Shown here in pieces: positions 37,516 to 47,483 of a stretch of DNA of 64,000 bases (position 1 is the first letter of the stretch; every line of letters begins with the position of its first letter). Source of the stretch: Candidatus Kaiserbacteria bacterium RIFCSPLOWO2_01_FULL_50_24 (lineage in GTDB: Bacteria > Patescibacteriota > Minisyncoccia > Phycocordibacterales > UBA2100); assembly GCA_001783335.1 (NCBI GenBank), contig MFLU01000002.1, forward strand, positions 4,948 through 68,947. The letters run 5' to 3'. The notes below the pieces were generated by a model, which was not told the DNA's origin, searched no databases, and was given only the letters and a program-made list of their open reading frames with translations. A program made the translations under genes and the position numbers.

Positions 37516-39645
37516 TTAATGTTCGGCAGGAGCGCCACCCAGAGGGCTCTGTCCGTCGGGACCTTGTCCCGTTGTTATTGCGGGAGTTTTGTCAGCAAGA
37601 CCGGGCATTGTCGTAGGTGTCTGATTGACGGTGGACGGCACTTCCAGCTGTTGGGCGGAAGGAGGGGGCGGAGGAGAGACCTCTCCTTGTGTAGGCGCCT
37701 TCTGTGTAGCGACTATGGGGCGCATCGGTTCGGGCGGCTCCGGCGCATCGGTTGTGGGCGGCATAGGTGCGCTGGCAGGAACCTCAACTGCCCGGGAGAG
37801 TTGAGGCTGGTTATCGAGCCCAAATTCTTCGGTGGCGAGACGTTCTTGCTTTGCTTTTTTAATGGCAAGTATTTGCGATGGGTCGGAGGTAATTATCTGG
37901 TCTTCCGTGTAGGAAGCTATAATCTTTATGGCGACATGTTTTAACCCTGCGAAGAATATCCCCTCCCCCACATCAGACTCCAAGAGCAGGTATTTCTCCT
38001 CATCTGAAAGTTTGAATGTGTTTTGTACGAGATCTACCGATGTTGGCGATTGCCGCAATAGTATCTGAATAGACGAGTTCGTTATCATAGGGATTCCATA
38101 GGGAGAGTTCAAGAAGTCAGACACGTCTTGCGTTATGGTAGAAATGCCAAGATAGTATTTACGTCCGCGTTTTGCGATTGAAAATAGAAATGATGCAGTG
38201 TCTTCCGAGCGCATCATCCACCATGCCTCGTCTATGACCAAGAGGCGCTTGCGTAGCTCTTTCCGCACGGTATTCCAAATGTGGTGCGTGATGATGTACA
38301 TGGCTACGGGTTTCAGGTCGTCTTCCATGTCGCGCACTGAAAAAACTACCAATCTTTTATTCATGTCTACATTCGTCGGGCGATTCATAAAGCCGGACCA
38401 CGTTCCCTTGGTGTACTTTGAAAGGCGCTGTACCAAGGACTCCGAACCCTCCATGCCGGAGAGCACGAGCTCAAAGTCGGAAAGGAGCGGCGGCTCTATG
38501 GCCGCGAAGTTCGCGTCCGCGCTGATGTCCTTGAGCGCATACGTTTCTGTGATTGCCTTATCAATGACCGCGTCTTCTTCCGGCGTGAGGCCTCCTAGCA
38601 TGATGCGGAAGAGTCCGACGAGCGTAATAATGTTGTTGCGTAGGACGTCTGAAGGATTCTCATCCTCACGCGGAATGGGCAGGTCAAATGGATTGATATG
38701 GTGTTCCGAAGAAAGAGAAATGTTGAAGTAGCGTCCGCCCACCGTCTCTGCCAAATATTCGTATTCGCGCTCCGGGTCTATGACGATTACTTCAGTGTCA
38801 AACATGAGCGAGCGGAGAATTTCTAGTTTGGTGGCGTATGATTTTCCGGCGCCGGATTTTGCGAAAGTGACCGAGTTATAATTCTCCAAACTAAATCTAT
38901 CAAAAAGAATGAGCGACGAATTGTGGCGGTTGATGCCAAACAGGATTCCCCTATTCGAGGTTAGGTCGAATGAAATGAACGGGAACACAGAGGAAAGCGG
39001 AGCCGAATTTAGCTTCGTGTGCACTTCAAGCTCGTCGGACGCTATCGGAATGGTGCTCCTGAATCCTTGCTCTTGTTGAAAAAGCGCCGGACGGATGTAC
39101 ACGAGGCGCGACTCAAGGACGGATCGTATTTCTGATTCCACCTTGTCTATTTCCTCACGCGTTGCGCCGTATATCGTGAGATAGAGCCCGACTTCAAAGA
39201 TGCGTTCTTGCGCCTGCTGAAGCGAGTCGCGCAATTGCTCAAGGTCGGCGTAGGCAGTGTCTAGTTGGGGGTTGCGCACCATTCCCTTCTCTTCTCGCGC
39301 CGCTATTTGGCTTTGCACCTCAGCCACCTTTTTTTGGAATTTTCGCAGTACCTCCGTCGTGTCCATGGGATGTATAAAAATGGAAATATCCAAAACCTTG
39401 TCCATGTTGATGATGGGAGAAAACCATCCCGTAGTGAGAAAGCGCGGATACGATATAACAAAAAACGTACGAGCAATCTTTTCTCCGAGGTCAAGCTCGC
39501 GCGGGCTGACGCGGAGCGCATGTGGCGCGATGACATCTTGGAGGTCAAGGACACCAGTGCGGTAGATTTCTTCCGGCAACACGGGTAAAACCTGTGCCAC
39601 AGGCAATTTCTTTTTTCCGAACGGAAGAAAGTCCAATAAAGCCAT
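37516..39645 (-). CDS. virB4: VirB4-like ATPase
   Basis: AKSGAGKS (Walker A), VIDPEREY, LVIDEAW (Walker B), KRGRKY...TITQ; Pro-rich tail. Confidence 0.92.
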   Translation of the reverse strand: MALLDFLPFGKKKLPVAQVLPVLPEEIYRTGVLDLQDVIAPHALRVSPRELDLGEKIARTFFVISYPRFLTTGWFSPIINMDKVLDISIFIHPMDTTEVLRKFQKKVAEVQSQIAAREEKGMVRNPQLDTAYADLEQLRDSLQQAQERIFEVGLYLTIYGATREEIDKVESEIRSVLESRLVYIRPALFQQEQGFRSTIPIASDELEVHTKLNSAPLSSVFPFISFDLTSNRGILFGINRHNSSLILFDRFSLENYNSVTFAKSGAGKSYATKLEILRSLMFDTEVIVIDPEREYEYLAETVGGRYFNISLSSEHHINPFDLPIPREDENPSDVLRNNIITLVGLFRIMLGGLTPEEDAVIDKAITETYALKDISADANFAAIEPPLLSDFELVLSGMEGSESLVQRLSKYTKGTWSGFMNRPTNVDMNKRLVVFSVRDMEDDLKPVAMYIITHHIWNTVRKELRKRLLVIDEAWWMMRSEDTASFLFSIAKRGRKYYLGISTITQDVSDFLNSPYGIPMITNSSIQILLRQSPTSVDLVQNTFKLSDEEKYLLLESDVGEGIFFAGLKHVAIKIIASYTEDQIITSDPSQILAIKKAKQERLATEEFGLDNQPQLSRAVEVPASAPMPPTTDAPEPPEPMRPIVATQKAPTQGEVSPPPPPSAQQLEVPSTVNQTPTTMPGLADKTPAITTGQGPDGQSPLGGAPAEH

Positions 39646-39662
39646 AGTTTAAATCGTAGTTG

Positions 39663-40325
39663 CTACGTCCCTTGATTTACTAAAGACACCGGCTTTCCCT
39701 CTTCGCCGGGGTTAAAGAGTTTATACAGGAGCTCTATTGCTTCTTCTGTTCCAAGTTGTACGGTGCGCACGCCGGTTCTGACGAGCCCCTGTTGGACTAT
39801 CCCGATGCGCTGTTCAAGTTGTGAGACCTGTTCTTCAAACGTGCGGCTTTTCTCTTCCTCACTCGCTGCTTTTTGGAATGGAAGCATGTTTGCCACACCA
39901 CGGCGTGTGACGATAGGCGCTGGCGCATAGGGTACGACCACGAAGAAATTCTTTGTCATAACGTTAGCGGCCTCGGTAAAACTTTTTATGAATTCTATAT
40001 ATTCTCGTATCTGTATGCGCATGAGATCGTCCAACTGACTCTTATATGCCTCCTCGAGTGTTGCGATGTACGGACGAATGTCCAACATGCGCGATTGCAC
40101 GAAGATTTGGACGGAAAAATCCAGAGAGTTCAAGAAATTCTGGAATTGCAGAATGAACGCGGTCTGTTCGTCTTCCGACTTTAGGGCAAAATTGAGTGAT
40201 GAGGCAAGGAGTATTGCGCGCATGCTTCCGTCCTTTAAAATCATCACGCCGTCGCGCACTTCGCGCACAGGAACGAAATCCTGTGTTGATTTGTTGCGTA
40301 CTCTAAGATTTGAGAGCGTGTTCAT
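39663..40325 (-). CDS. VirB4-associated conserved protein
   Basis: STQDFVP..EVRDG...NFALKSEDEQ...FLNSLDF; lies between prgI and virB4. Confidence 0.8.
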   Translation of the reverse strand: MNTLSNLRVRNKSTQDFVPVREVRDGVMILKDGSMRAILLASSLNFALKSEDEQTAFILQFQNFLNSLDFSVQIFVQSRMLDIRPYIATLEEAYKSQLDDLMRIQIREYIEFIKSFTEAANVMTKNFFVVVPYAPAPIVTRRGVANMLPFQKAASEEEKSRTFEEQVSQLEQRIGIVQQGLVRTGVRTVQLGTEEAIELLYKLFNPGEEGKPVSLVNQGT

Positions 40326-40538
40326 AACCAGTCAGTGAATCAATAAAAAAGCACAAAACACAGGAACCAGAACACAAATAAAGCACAGGAACCAAAACAC
40401 AAACCACAAACAAAATTCACACTCCTCCCAACGTACTCGTTTGTATTCTGTGCTTTTTTCATGTTTGTGTTTTATTTGTGCTTTGTGCAATTTGTGCTCT
40501 GTGATTTTTACCGGTAACTGTTACTATCTACTATAAAT

Positions 40539-41042
40539 TCATATCCGTGCTTCCCGGGCGGTTCGGACAGGCGCAACGACGTTGTCGCGTGCGTCGCGCA
40601 TTGCGTATGTCTCCCGGTCTTCAGACGACGCGGTGCCCGACTGTATGCGCTCTTGAATATCTAATGCCCACGCAAGGTCGTGCAGTTTGCTACCCGAGAG
40701 GTGTGGTATGTAGGAAGGGGGTTTGGCGGCCCCAATTTCTTTTTTTTGTATTTCGGCACGCTTGTGCTCCTTATTCCACAGGTATAGTTTTGAACGTAAG
40801 AAGTAAAAGAGCCCGTGCTCCAGTGCGACGATAAAGGGTCTCCCGTTGAATTGTAAAAACGCGAGCGCCACCGCAAGAGTGCCTACCGCAAGTATGAAAG
40901 GTGCGGCAATGTAAAGAGGCAGTATGCGCCAGAAGAGGTAACAACACCCAGCGCCTCCTATGACATATATGAATTGCTTGAACGTGAGGGGGCCGAATAT
41001 CTTGTCCTCTACCTCAATAAATTGTGGAACTTGGAATTGCAT
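40539..41042 (-). CDS. prgI: PrgI family protein (VirB3-like)
   Basis: MQFQVPQFIEVEDKIFGPLTFKQF plus 2 TM segments. Confidence 0.88.
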   Translation of the reverse strand: MQFQVPQFIEVEDKIFGPLTFKQFIYVIGGAGCCYLFWRILPLYIAAPFILAVGTLAVALAFLQFNGRPFIVALEHGLFYFLRSKLYLWNKEHKRAEIQKKEIGAAKPPSYIPHLSGSKLHDLAWALDIQERIQSGTASSEDRETYAMRDARDNVVAPVRTAREARI

Positions 41043-41196
41043 TAGATTTTCTTAGATTTAATTATCGAGCGTAGCGAGATTAGTAAATCTTAGACCCCGT
41101 GAAATCCTCGCCAAAGGCGAGGAGCCGCGAAGCGGCATTTTACCGGGGTTAAGTGCAACTAATTTACTGACGCTCATAAGTTTTACTAAACCTTAT

Positions 41197-41614
41197 GCCC
41201 AGCACCATTATTCCCGACCGAATATTGTGCGGTGCGCGTGCGCGTATAGCGCATCCCCTGCTGGGCGAAGCGCATTGCCGCTCGCTTGGCTCATATGTCC
41301 CATTGTACACCGTTTGGAAACGGAATAATGGTGCTTGGGCTGGATAACCCGCACACTTACTTGCGTCTAGTTTTGCGGTAGATGGTGAGATGCAATGACA
41401 AAGCCGTGTTTCCTGTACATACGGAGCGACGAGTATAATTCGTGGGGCAAAACAGGAGCAAGACGCAAGTAAGTGTGCGGGATAACCCAGCACCAGACTT
41501 TGGCTTAGTCGGTATCAATGATAGTGTCTTCAGGTTTGCACGGTGAATAGCGTCCAGAATTACAATAGTACTCTGGCGCGTCCCGACAGAGGAAAGCCAA
41601 AGTTGGTTCATGGG
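41197..41614. repeat. Array of three long hairpins with unique interiors
   Basis: Units 41197-41340, 41348-41481 and 41486-41614; 18-21 bp terminal stems; GGATAAC junctions. Confidence 0.85.
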
Positions 41615-41676
41615 CAGGCCCGCACACCCACTGTCTGCATTGTTTTTTCCAGTTTCCAGCTTCAAGCGTCCAGCAT

Positions 41677-42261
41677 CTAGAGTGGCGGCTCTCTATACGG
41701 GTCGCCCTCGGTGTCTTTGCGCGCGCTACTCAATTCGTGCGGTTTATACGATGGAGATACGGGCGCGCGCTCCGCTTTGGCGGTTGAGGGCACTTTGGGT
41801 GGTGTGGCAGGAACTATTGGAGCGACGGGCGACGGTGCTGGTTTTGCGGCAATTTTTCCATTCCTGTCTTCCGCCCTAAGAATGCTTTCGCGTGCTCTTT
41901 CAACACCACTCCTCTCTTCCTCTTTCGCTTGCGGATGTTCCAGTTCCCGCTCCAGTCCTTCGCGTATAGGCTCAAATATCATTGTGGTAATGTCATTTGT
42001 AAGCGCGAGCGCAGAGTCAGCGGGTACGCCGATGTCGTCGGTGATACGTTTCTGGAGCTCCTCTGCGTGATATACGCCGAAAAGCGTGAGCATCACGAGA
42101 TTTTCAAGCGCTTGCCACTGGTCCAGATGTAATCGATGCTCTTTTGAGAGCTCGCGCAAACGTTTCTCCGGGTTGCCGGAAAGTATCGCGTTTTGCACCG
42201 CTTTCGGGAGCTTTGTGAAACGCTCTTGTATCAACGTTTTGAAATCTTTTTCTTCGGTCAT
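41677..42261 (-). CDS. Hypothetical protein with C-terminal DPYREP
   Basis: LPK.VQ.AI...LHLDQ...IFEPIR...DPYREP. Confidence 0.8.
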   Translation of the reverse strand: MTEEKDFKTLIQERFTKLPKAVQNAILSGNPEKRLRELSKEHRLHLDQWQALENLVMLTLFGVYHAEELQKRITDDIGVPADSALALTNDITTMIFEPIREGLERELEHPQAKEEERSGVERARESILRAEDRNGKIAAKPAPSPVAPIVPATPPKVPSTAKAERAPVSPSYKPHELSSARKDTEGDPYREPPL

Positions 42262-42365
42262 ACCCCGTCAGTGACTAGTGCAAATTAAAAAGTAAAAATG
42301 AAAAGTTAGAAATTACATCCCCGTCGAGAGCACTCTTGGGCCTGACTTTTAATTTTTCATTGCAT

Positions 42366-42435
42366 GCCCCGTACCAAAATCTGCGAACGTGGTTTGAGCG
42401 CATAAAGAGGAACGGTGAGATTTTTGGTGCGGGGT
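42366..42435. repeat. CCCCG(T/C)ACC-ended hairpin nested in a family II repeat
   Basis: Same ends as 34673-34744. Confidence 0.85.
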
Positions 42436-42496
42436 CGTTTTTCATTTTTCACTTTTAGTTTTTAACTTAATGCAGCGGAACACAGTCGCGTGCTTA

Positions 42497-44722
42497 CTAC
42501 GGTCCACCCGGCGAGCGTGGCGCAGATGGCTTTGACGAATCCATGTGTCCCCGCACCATGTCCGAGATCCTGCCCAAGTCTTTCTTTTCCTTGCGCGTTG
42601 TAACGGCTGCCCTGGATTGGTATGCGAGTGAGTCGTTTTTTTCGGTGAGCGGTATCCCCATTTTCTCACGGAGCACATTAGTGAATCTCCCGCGCGCGCT
42701 TTCAAATGCGGCCTCTTGTGCATCTAGAAACTTTTCTGGAAGCAGACCTTTGTCTTTGGCAATCTCATCCACCCGGTCAAGGATGGCTCTTTGCAAGTCC
42801 GTGTCTCGCTTAATGGATTTTTGCGCTTGAGAGATACGGCTCTTTACTTGTTCCAGGTTCGAGTTGTCCCTGTCGTGTTCTTCTCTACGCCTATCAACCT
42901 CTTGTCTCGCCACGCTTGTATCTCTTACTCCACCGGATATCAAATCCTCCAAGTGCTGTTCTGATTCACGAAGGATCTTTTGACTCTTTGCCGCGCTGTT
43001 CGTATGCTCTATGCTTGCGTTCATTGCCTGCGCCAATTCATTCTGTGACGCGATCAATCTGTCCATCGCATCTTTGTTCTGCCCCGCGAGTTGTGTGTTT
43101 CCAGCAAAAACATCTTCACGGACTTTGTCTATAAACTTTTCCTGCTCTTCTTTTGACATTGCGACGCGCTCCCCCTCGCGCGCGTAACGCTCCGTGGCCC
43201 GCTTTTCTGCCCCCGCATATCCTTTCGTGTCCTCCCCCGTGAACGTCCCCGATTTTTTGAATTGTGCGACTTTTTGTATTTCACGTCCGAGCATGGAGTG
43301 TGTCGCATTGAAGTCGCGTGTCGCGATTTTTTTGGCCGCCTTCTCGCTGGTGTCGTACATTGCTTGCTGAAGGCGATTTGTCGCATACGGGCGCCATCCA
43401 CCCATGGCTTTGGGAGAAAGAGGTTTGCCATCTTTGTCTAGACCCGCTCTCCGTATGTCGGTACCACGCATCTGCGCCCACGCGCCCGCCCCGCTTGCTG
43501 CCAAGCCCAACGTTCTTCTTCCCGCGAATGCGGCTATTCTGCCGCCGAGGCCTAAGGCAAGAGCTGGCGCAAGCGCCGCCATGCTGAAGCCACCTATGTT
43601 TTTTGCGAACATAGAGGCGAGCTTGACGGATACATATAAAAATCCGATAACAAACAGAAACATGATGATGGCGAGCCACCCGTTTTGGTTTCCCGGATTT
43701 TGGATGAACTCGATAAGGTTCGCGGACCCCTGTGGCGCACGCAGGAGAACGAGTGATGCCCACAAAAATATCATTAAGAGCGGTCCAAAGAGTGCCGCTT
43801 TTATGAGCATTTCCCACCACCCCTTCCAGCCGTACTGCGAATCGCCGAATTGCGGAATGAGATACGAGGCGAACGCGAGAGAAGACGTTATGGTGACGAA
43901 TATCAAAAGGATTGCGCGTGACACCATAAGGAAACTGGCGTAAAGAAAGATGAGAGCAGAAACAAGCAAAAACGTACTGACGGCAACCGCGTATACAATA
44001 ATGATGGCGGCACTATCGTTTTTGGTGCCAATTCTGTACAAAACGCCTGCCGTATCAAACAAACCCGGGACCCCCGCGCGCCCCATGAATGCCCCTGCAA
44101 TGCCGGAAGTTGACTGTGCTGCGGCGACAATCCCCTGTTCGCTCGTGGTAGGAGCGCCCTGACCCGCCGTGCCAGCCACGGCGGAGATTGATTCCTTGTA
44201 GAATATGCCCGCAACGAGGTTGGAGCTGTCAATAATGATGCGTGTGAAAAGCAAACTGAAGTTAATCAGTACGGCAACGATAAGTACGCGCGCTATCATT
44301 GCTTTGTCGCCGTAGCGCGTTATGCCGAGAATTATAGAGATTGCGATAAATACGAACATGCCGATGATGAGGATGTTTGCAATGTCGCGGAATGCTTCCC
44401 ACACAAGATTAATGCCATCGGCGATACCGAGTTTTTGAAGGACAAGCGATAGGTCTACGACGGTCCATTGTATGAGTGCATCAAACACGGCTCCGGCGAT
44501 GACCGCGAGCATACTGGAGAGCGATATGAGCAAAAAACCCAGGAATGTGAATATTAGTTGTAAAGCCCACTGTATCGTCCACCGATACACGGTCCCACCG
44601 ATTTGTGACAACAGAGAGCCGTCTGCCGCCTCTGCTGCATACGCGAGAATCGGAATGCAAAGTAAAACGAGCGTGGTTGCACAGAGTGTCGCGTATAAAT
44701 ATGGGCGTATGCGTTCCGACAT
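42497..44722 (-). CDS. VirB6/TrbL-like polytopic membrane protein with coiled-coil tail
   Basis: W..FRDIAN, VAVLINFSL..TR.IID.SN, R...L.F....S.LAF. Confidence 0.75.
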   Translation of the reverse strand: MSERIRPYLYATLCATTLVLLCIPILAYAAEAADGSLLSQIGGTVYRWTIQWALQLIFTFLGFLLISLSSMLAVIAGAVFDALIQWTVVDLSLVLQKLGIADGINLVWEAFRDIANILIIGMFVFIAISIILGITRYGDKAMIARVLIVAVLINFSLLFTRIIIDSSNLVAGIFYKESISAVAGTAGQGAPTTSEQGIVAAAQSTSGIAGAFMGRAGVPGLFDTAGVLYRIGTKNDSAAIIIVYAVAVSTFLLVSALIFLYASFLMVSRAILLIFVTITSSLAFASYLIPQFGDSQYGWKGWWEMLIKAALFGPLLMIFLWASLVLLRAPQGSANLIEFIQNPGNQNGWLAIIMFLFVIGFLYVSVKLASMFAKNIGGFSMAALAPALALGLGGRIAAFAGRRTLGLAASGAGAWAQMRGTDIRRAGLDKDGKPLSPKAMGGWRPYATNRLQQAMYDTSEKAAKKIATRDFNATHSMLGREIQKVAQFKKSGTFTGEDTKGYAGAEKRATERYAREGERVAMSKEEQEKFIDKVREDVFAGNTQLAGQNKDAMDRLIASQNELAQAMNASIEHTNSAAKSQKILRESEQHLEDLISGGVRDTSVARQEVDRRREEHDRDNSNLEQVKSRISQAQKSIKRDTDLQRAILDRVDEIAKDKGLLPEKFLDAQEAAFESARGRFTNVLREKMGIPLTEKNDSLAYQSRAAVTTRKEKKDLGRISDMVRGHMDSSKPSAPRSPGGP

Positions 44723-44727
44723 AGTAC

Positions 44728-46350
44728 TTATTGCGTTTTCCAACGGTCTATCCACATATCAAGCACGGACTGATTGTTCACATTACACCAGCCAATAGTA
44801 GGGTCGGTGGAATCGGCCCACGCGACTATCGTATCTTCTACGAGCGACTTAACCGCACTATTCACATCCTCAAGTTGTTTTTGTGCCGCCACGAGGTCGT
44901 ACTGATTATGGAGAAGTTTTTGCGCGACAAGCGAATCCAACTGTTCAAGCGCGAGACGCTGATTGGTAACCGACGATGTGTTCGTCACTCCCGCGATAAG
45001 CTGGTTTATCAATTGCACCGCTTTTTCCGATGCTTGTACGTCGTTCGCTACTTGGACCGCGACGGGCGACACTTGCGCGTCAATGACCGCTTGCGATTCG
45101 GCGGTTGATGTTGCGACGTTCAGTGTCCCGCCTCCTACCGTTTGACACTTCCCCCCCGACACGGGCGTCGCACACACTCTGTCTATGATTAAGTTCCAGC
45201 ACTGCCGCTCCGCAGAACGCAGTTGGTTGACGAGGGAAGTGAGTGTTTGCGCGATTTTACGTTTGGCTTCCCAAAACGCAGTCTCTATCTGACGCGCGGC
45301 GTTCAAAATACCTATAGCCACATTTGCCACGGCGTTGCGCAACCCCTGCCCGGACTCTGCAGCCATTCTATCGAGGTACGACGGCTGCCCGCCGAGCGAC
45401 TGCGTGAGCCCGTAAAGACCGCGTGTGTCGGTGGACGCCTGCGTGGAGAGGCCGGAGAAAAGCGCACTCACGATTTGGTCTATCTCGGTCGCGCTTTCCA
45501 ACTGTTTGCGGCCGCTGTCCAGTGTTACCCAGAGCGACCGGGCGATGAGCATGCTCGGCGTCACGATATTTGCTGTAAATGGATTATCAAGGTCGTCTTT
45601 CTGCGCGTAAAAGCCGTCGCCCCAGTCCCATTCTTGTCGCACGTTTTGTTCCAGTTGGGTTAGTTGCATCTCTACATTTTCTCGCGCGAGTATGAATGCG
45701 CCTAGCTCGTGGTTCGCGGGATTGAGCCCGTATTCCATGAGGCCGGAAAGTCCGCCGCACTTGGTCATGTCACCGTCCAAGAATGCTCGCCGATCCGCGT
45801 CAGAGCAGGTAATGGTGCACGCGAACGCACTGTTTGTTTTTTGGGTTGTCATATAGTAATTGCGTGCGATGGCGGGCCGCACCTTGTCTTTAAATGTAGA
45901 GCATAATGGCGACAAGTATTCTTCACTCTTGAGAAGTTGCACAAATCCCTTACTTTCTTCTTCCAGTAATTCGTATCGAATATTTTGTACATACTGTGGA
46001 TTGCCGCCACGCCCTGATACCGCATCGGTAATTCGCTTTTTCGCTAATCCCGACGTGAGGCTCTCTACTTGTCTTTTGATAACGCCGTCCAATACGCATT
46101 CTTTATAAATGAGGTAGCCGGTGTTAAGGGTTACGGCCGCATCGTTGACGGGTACATAGATGCTCCCGCGCGCGGCAAGCGCGCCCACGCTCATGGAGTA
46201 CGAGCCCGTCTGGTTACAGCCGAATATTCCTTCTCGCTGAAACTGGTAATCTTCCGTTGCGGGCGTTGGAGGCTGTGTGGCGTCTTGTGCAGACGCGAAC
46301 GCCGGAGTAGCAAGAAGCGCGAGCATTAGTATGTATACTCTGGAATTCAT
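44728..46350 (-). CDS. Secreted hypothetical protein
   Basis: Signal peptide at MNSRV; KECVLD, G.P.YVQN, WGDGF motifs. Confidence 0.8.
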   Translation of the reverse strand: MNSRVYILMLALLATPAFASAQDATQPPTPATEDYQFQREGIFGCNQTGSYSMSVGALAARGSIYVPVNDAAVTLNTGYLIYKECVLDGVIKRQVESLTSGLAKKRITDAVSGRGGNPQYVQNIRYELLEEESKGFVQLLKSEEYLSPLCSTFKDKVRPAIARNYYMTTQKTNSAFACTITCSDADRRAFLDGDMTKCGGLSGLMEYGLNPANHELGAFILARENVEMQLTQLEQNVRQEWDWGDGFYAQKDDLDNPFTANIVTPSMLIARSLWVTLDSGRKQLESATEIDQIVSALFSGLSTQASTDTRGLYGLTQSLGGQPSYLDRMAAESGQGLRNAVANVAIGILNAARQIETAFWEAKRKIAQTLTSLVNQLRSAERQCWNLIIDRVCATPVSGGKCQTVGGGTLNVATSTAESQAVIDAQVSPVAVQVANDVQASEKAVQLINQLIAGVTNTSSVTNQRLALEQLDSLVAQKLLHNQYDLVAAQKQLEDVNSAVKSLVEDTIVAWADSTDPTIGWCNVNNQSVLDMWIDRWKTQ

Positions 46351-46558
46351 AGCGGATTTTGATCGCGAGCGAACCGCACAAAACTCGTCGCGAGGGTCAA
46401 AGACGGGCTTGACGACGTGCCCAAGGCACGGTGAGAGGCCGTCTGCATGCCCGCAGCAGAGTTTTGTGCGGCGCAGCCGCGAGACGAGACTGTATTGTTT
46501 GCTTTTTTCATAGTCCGAGCTGGTCAAAATCCGCTATGAGTTCCTTGTGTTATTCATA

Positions 46559-47446
46559 CTATTCGGTTTTGCGCACGTAGTATGTGGCGAGCGCGTCAAA
46601 CGAGTAGAAGACCTCACGCTCCACGGCGTTATACGTTTGGAGGAGAACCGCCGAGGCGAACGGGTCGGTGCCGTGGTTTGCCATTCCCTCAAGCACTGCC
46701 GCGAACGCGATGAGCGCGTTCACAACACGAGCGTGTTTGTCTCCTGCGTCTTTGGGCACGGTAACTTCTGCGGCGTGTTCAGCCGCGACGCGATATTTCT
46801 CTGCTATCGGCATCAAATCTGCAAGGTATGCAGGGTCCTCTGTTTCAATGTAGCGCGCGAACAGGTCAAACTCCGATACGCGATTTTCAAAAAGCGGCAT
46901 AAGCGCCTCGCGGAGGAGATTGCGATACACGAGAGCGCTCTCGTGGGAAATGTCGGGAGTGAGTGTGAATGACTCCGCACTGTAGCGCTCAAAGTGTGGT
47001 GTGTATCGCATGCTTTGTGCCACACTTTTTCCTATGAGATTCCCCTTGTCTTCCGTATATGTTTCAGCTTGTTTCAGCGCTATGTATTGTCCTAAGAGCT
47101 GTATGCCGATAACTTCCCCGGCGTACGTAAGGAGTTCGTCGTCTGGGGATGTATATATACGCTCTTTGGTTGTGGTGCTCTCGGTTTCGCCATACGCGGC
47201 GAGCAATTTTTTCCAGTCCACATTGTCCGCTTGTTGTTCTCTAGGTGCGGTAAGTAAAAACGAAGGGGTCTCTTCGTGGACTGCGTATTGAAGCGCCTTT
47301 CTTGGTCCCTGCAACTCCGCCATTTGCCAGCCGAGTGCCGCAAGAAGAGCGGCGATAGCCACGGCGGCGGTAGTTGTAATGGATCCACGTCTCGTTAGAG
47401 GCGGTGTCTTTAACGGGGCACGTTTACGAACGTGTAATTCTCCCAT
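46559..47446 (-). CDS. Membrane-anchored hypothetical protein
   Basis: One TM segment followed by a helical domain. Confidence 0.75.
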   Translation of the reverse strand: MGELHVRKRAPLKTPPLTRRGSITTTAAVAIAALLAALGWQMAELQGPRKALQYAVHEETPSFLLTAPREQQADNVDWKKLLAAYGETESTTTKERIYTSPDDELLTYAGEVIGIQLLGQYIALKQAETYTEDKGNLIGKSVAQSMRYTPHFERYSAESFTLTPDISHESALVYRNLLREALMPLFENRVSEFDLFARYIETEDPAYLADLMPIAEKYRVAAEHAAEVTVPKDAGDKHARVVNALIAFAAVLEGMANHGTDPFASAVLLQTYNAVEREVFYSFDALATYYVRKTE

Positions 47447-47483
47447 TCTTCTATGGTATCACGCCCAAATTACGCGGCGGTGC

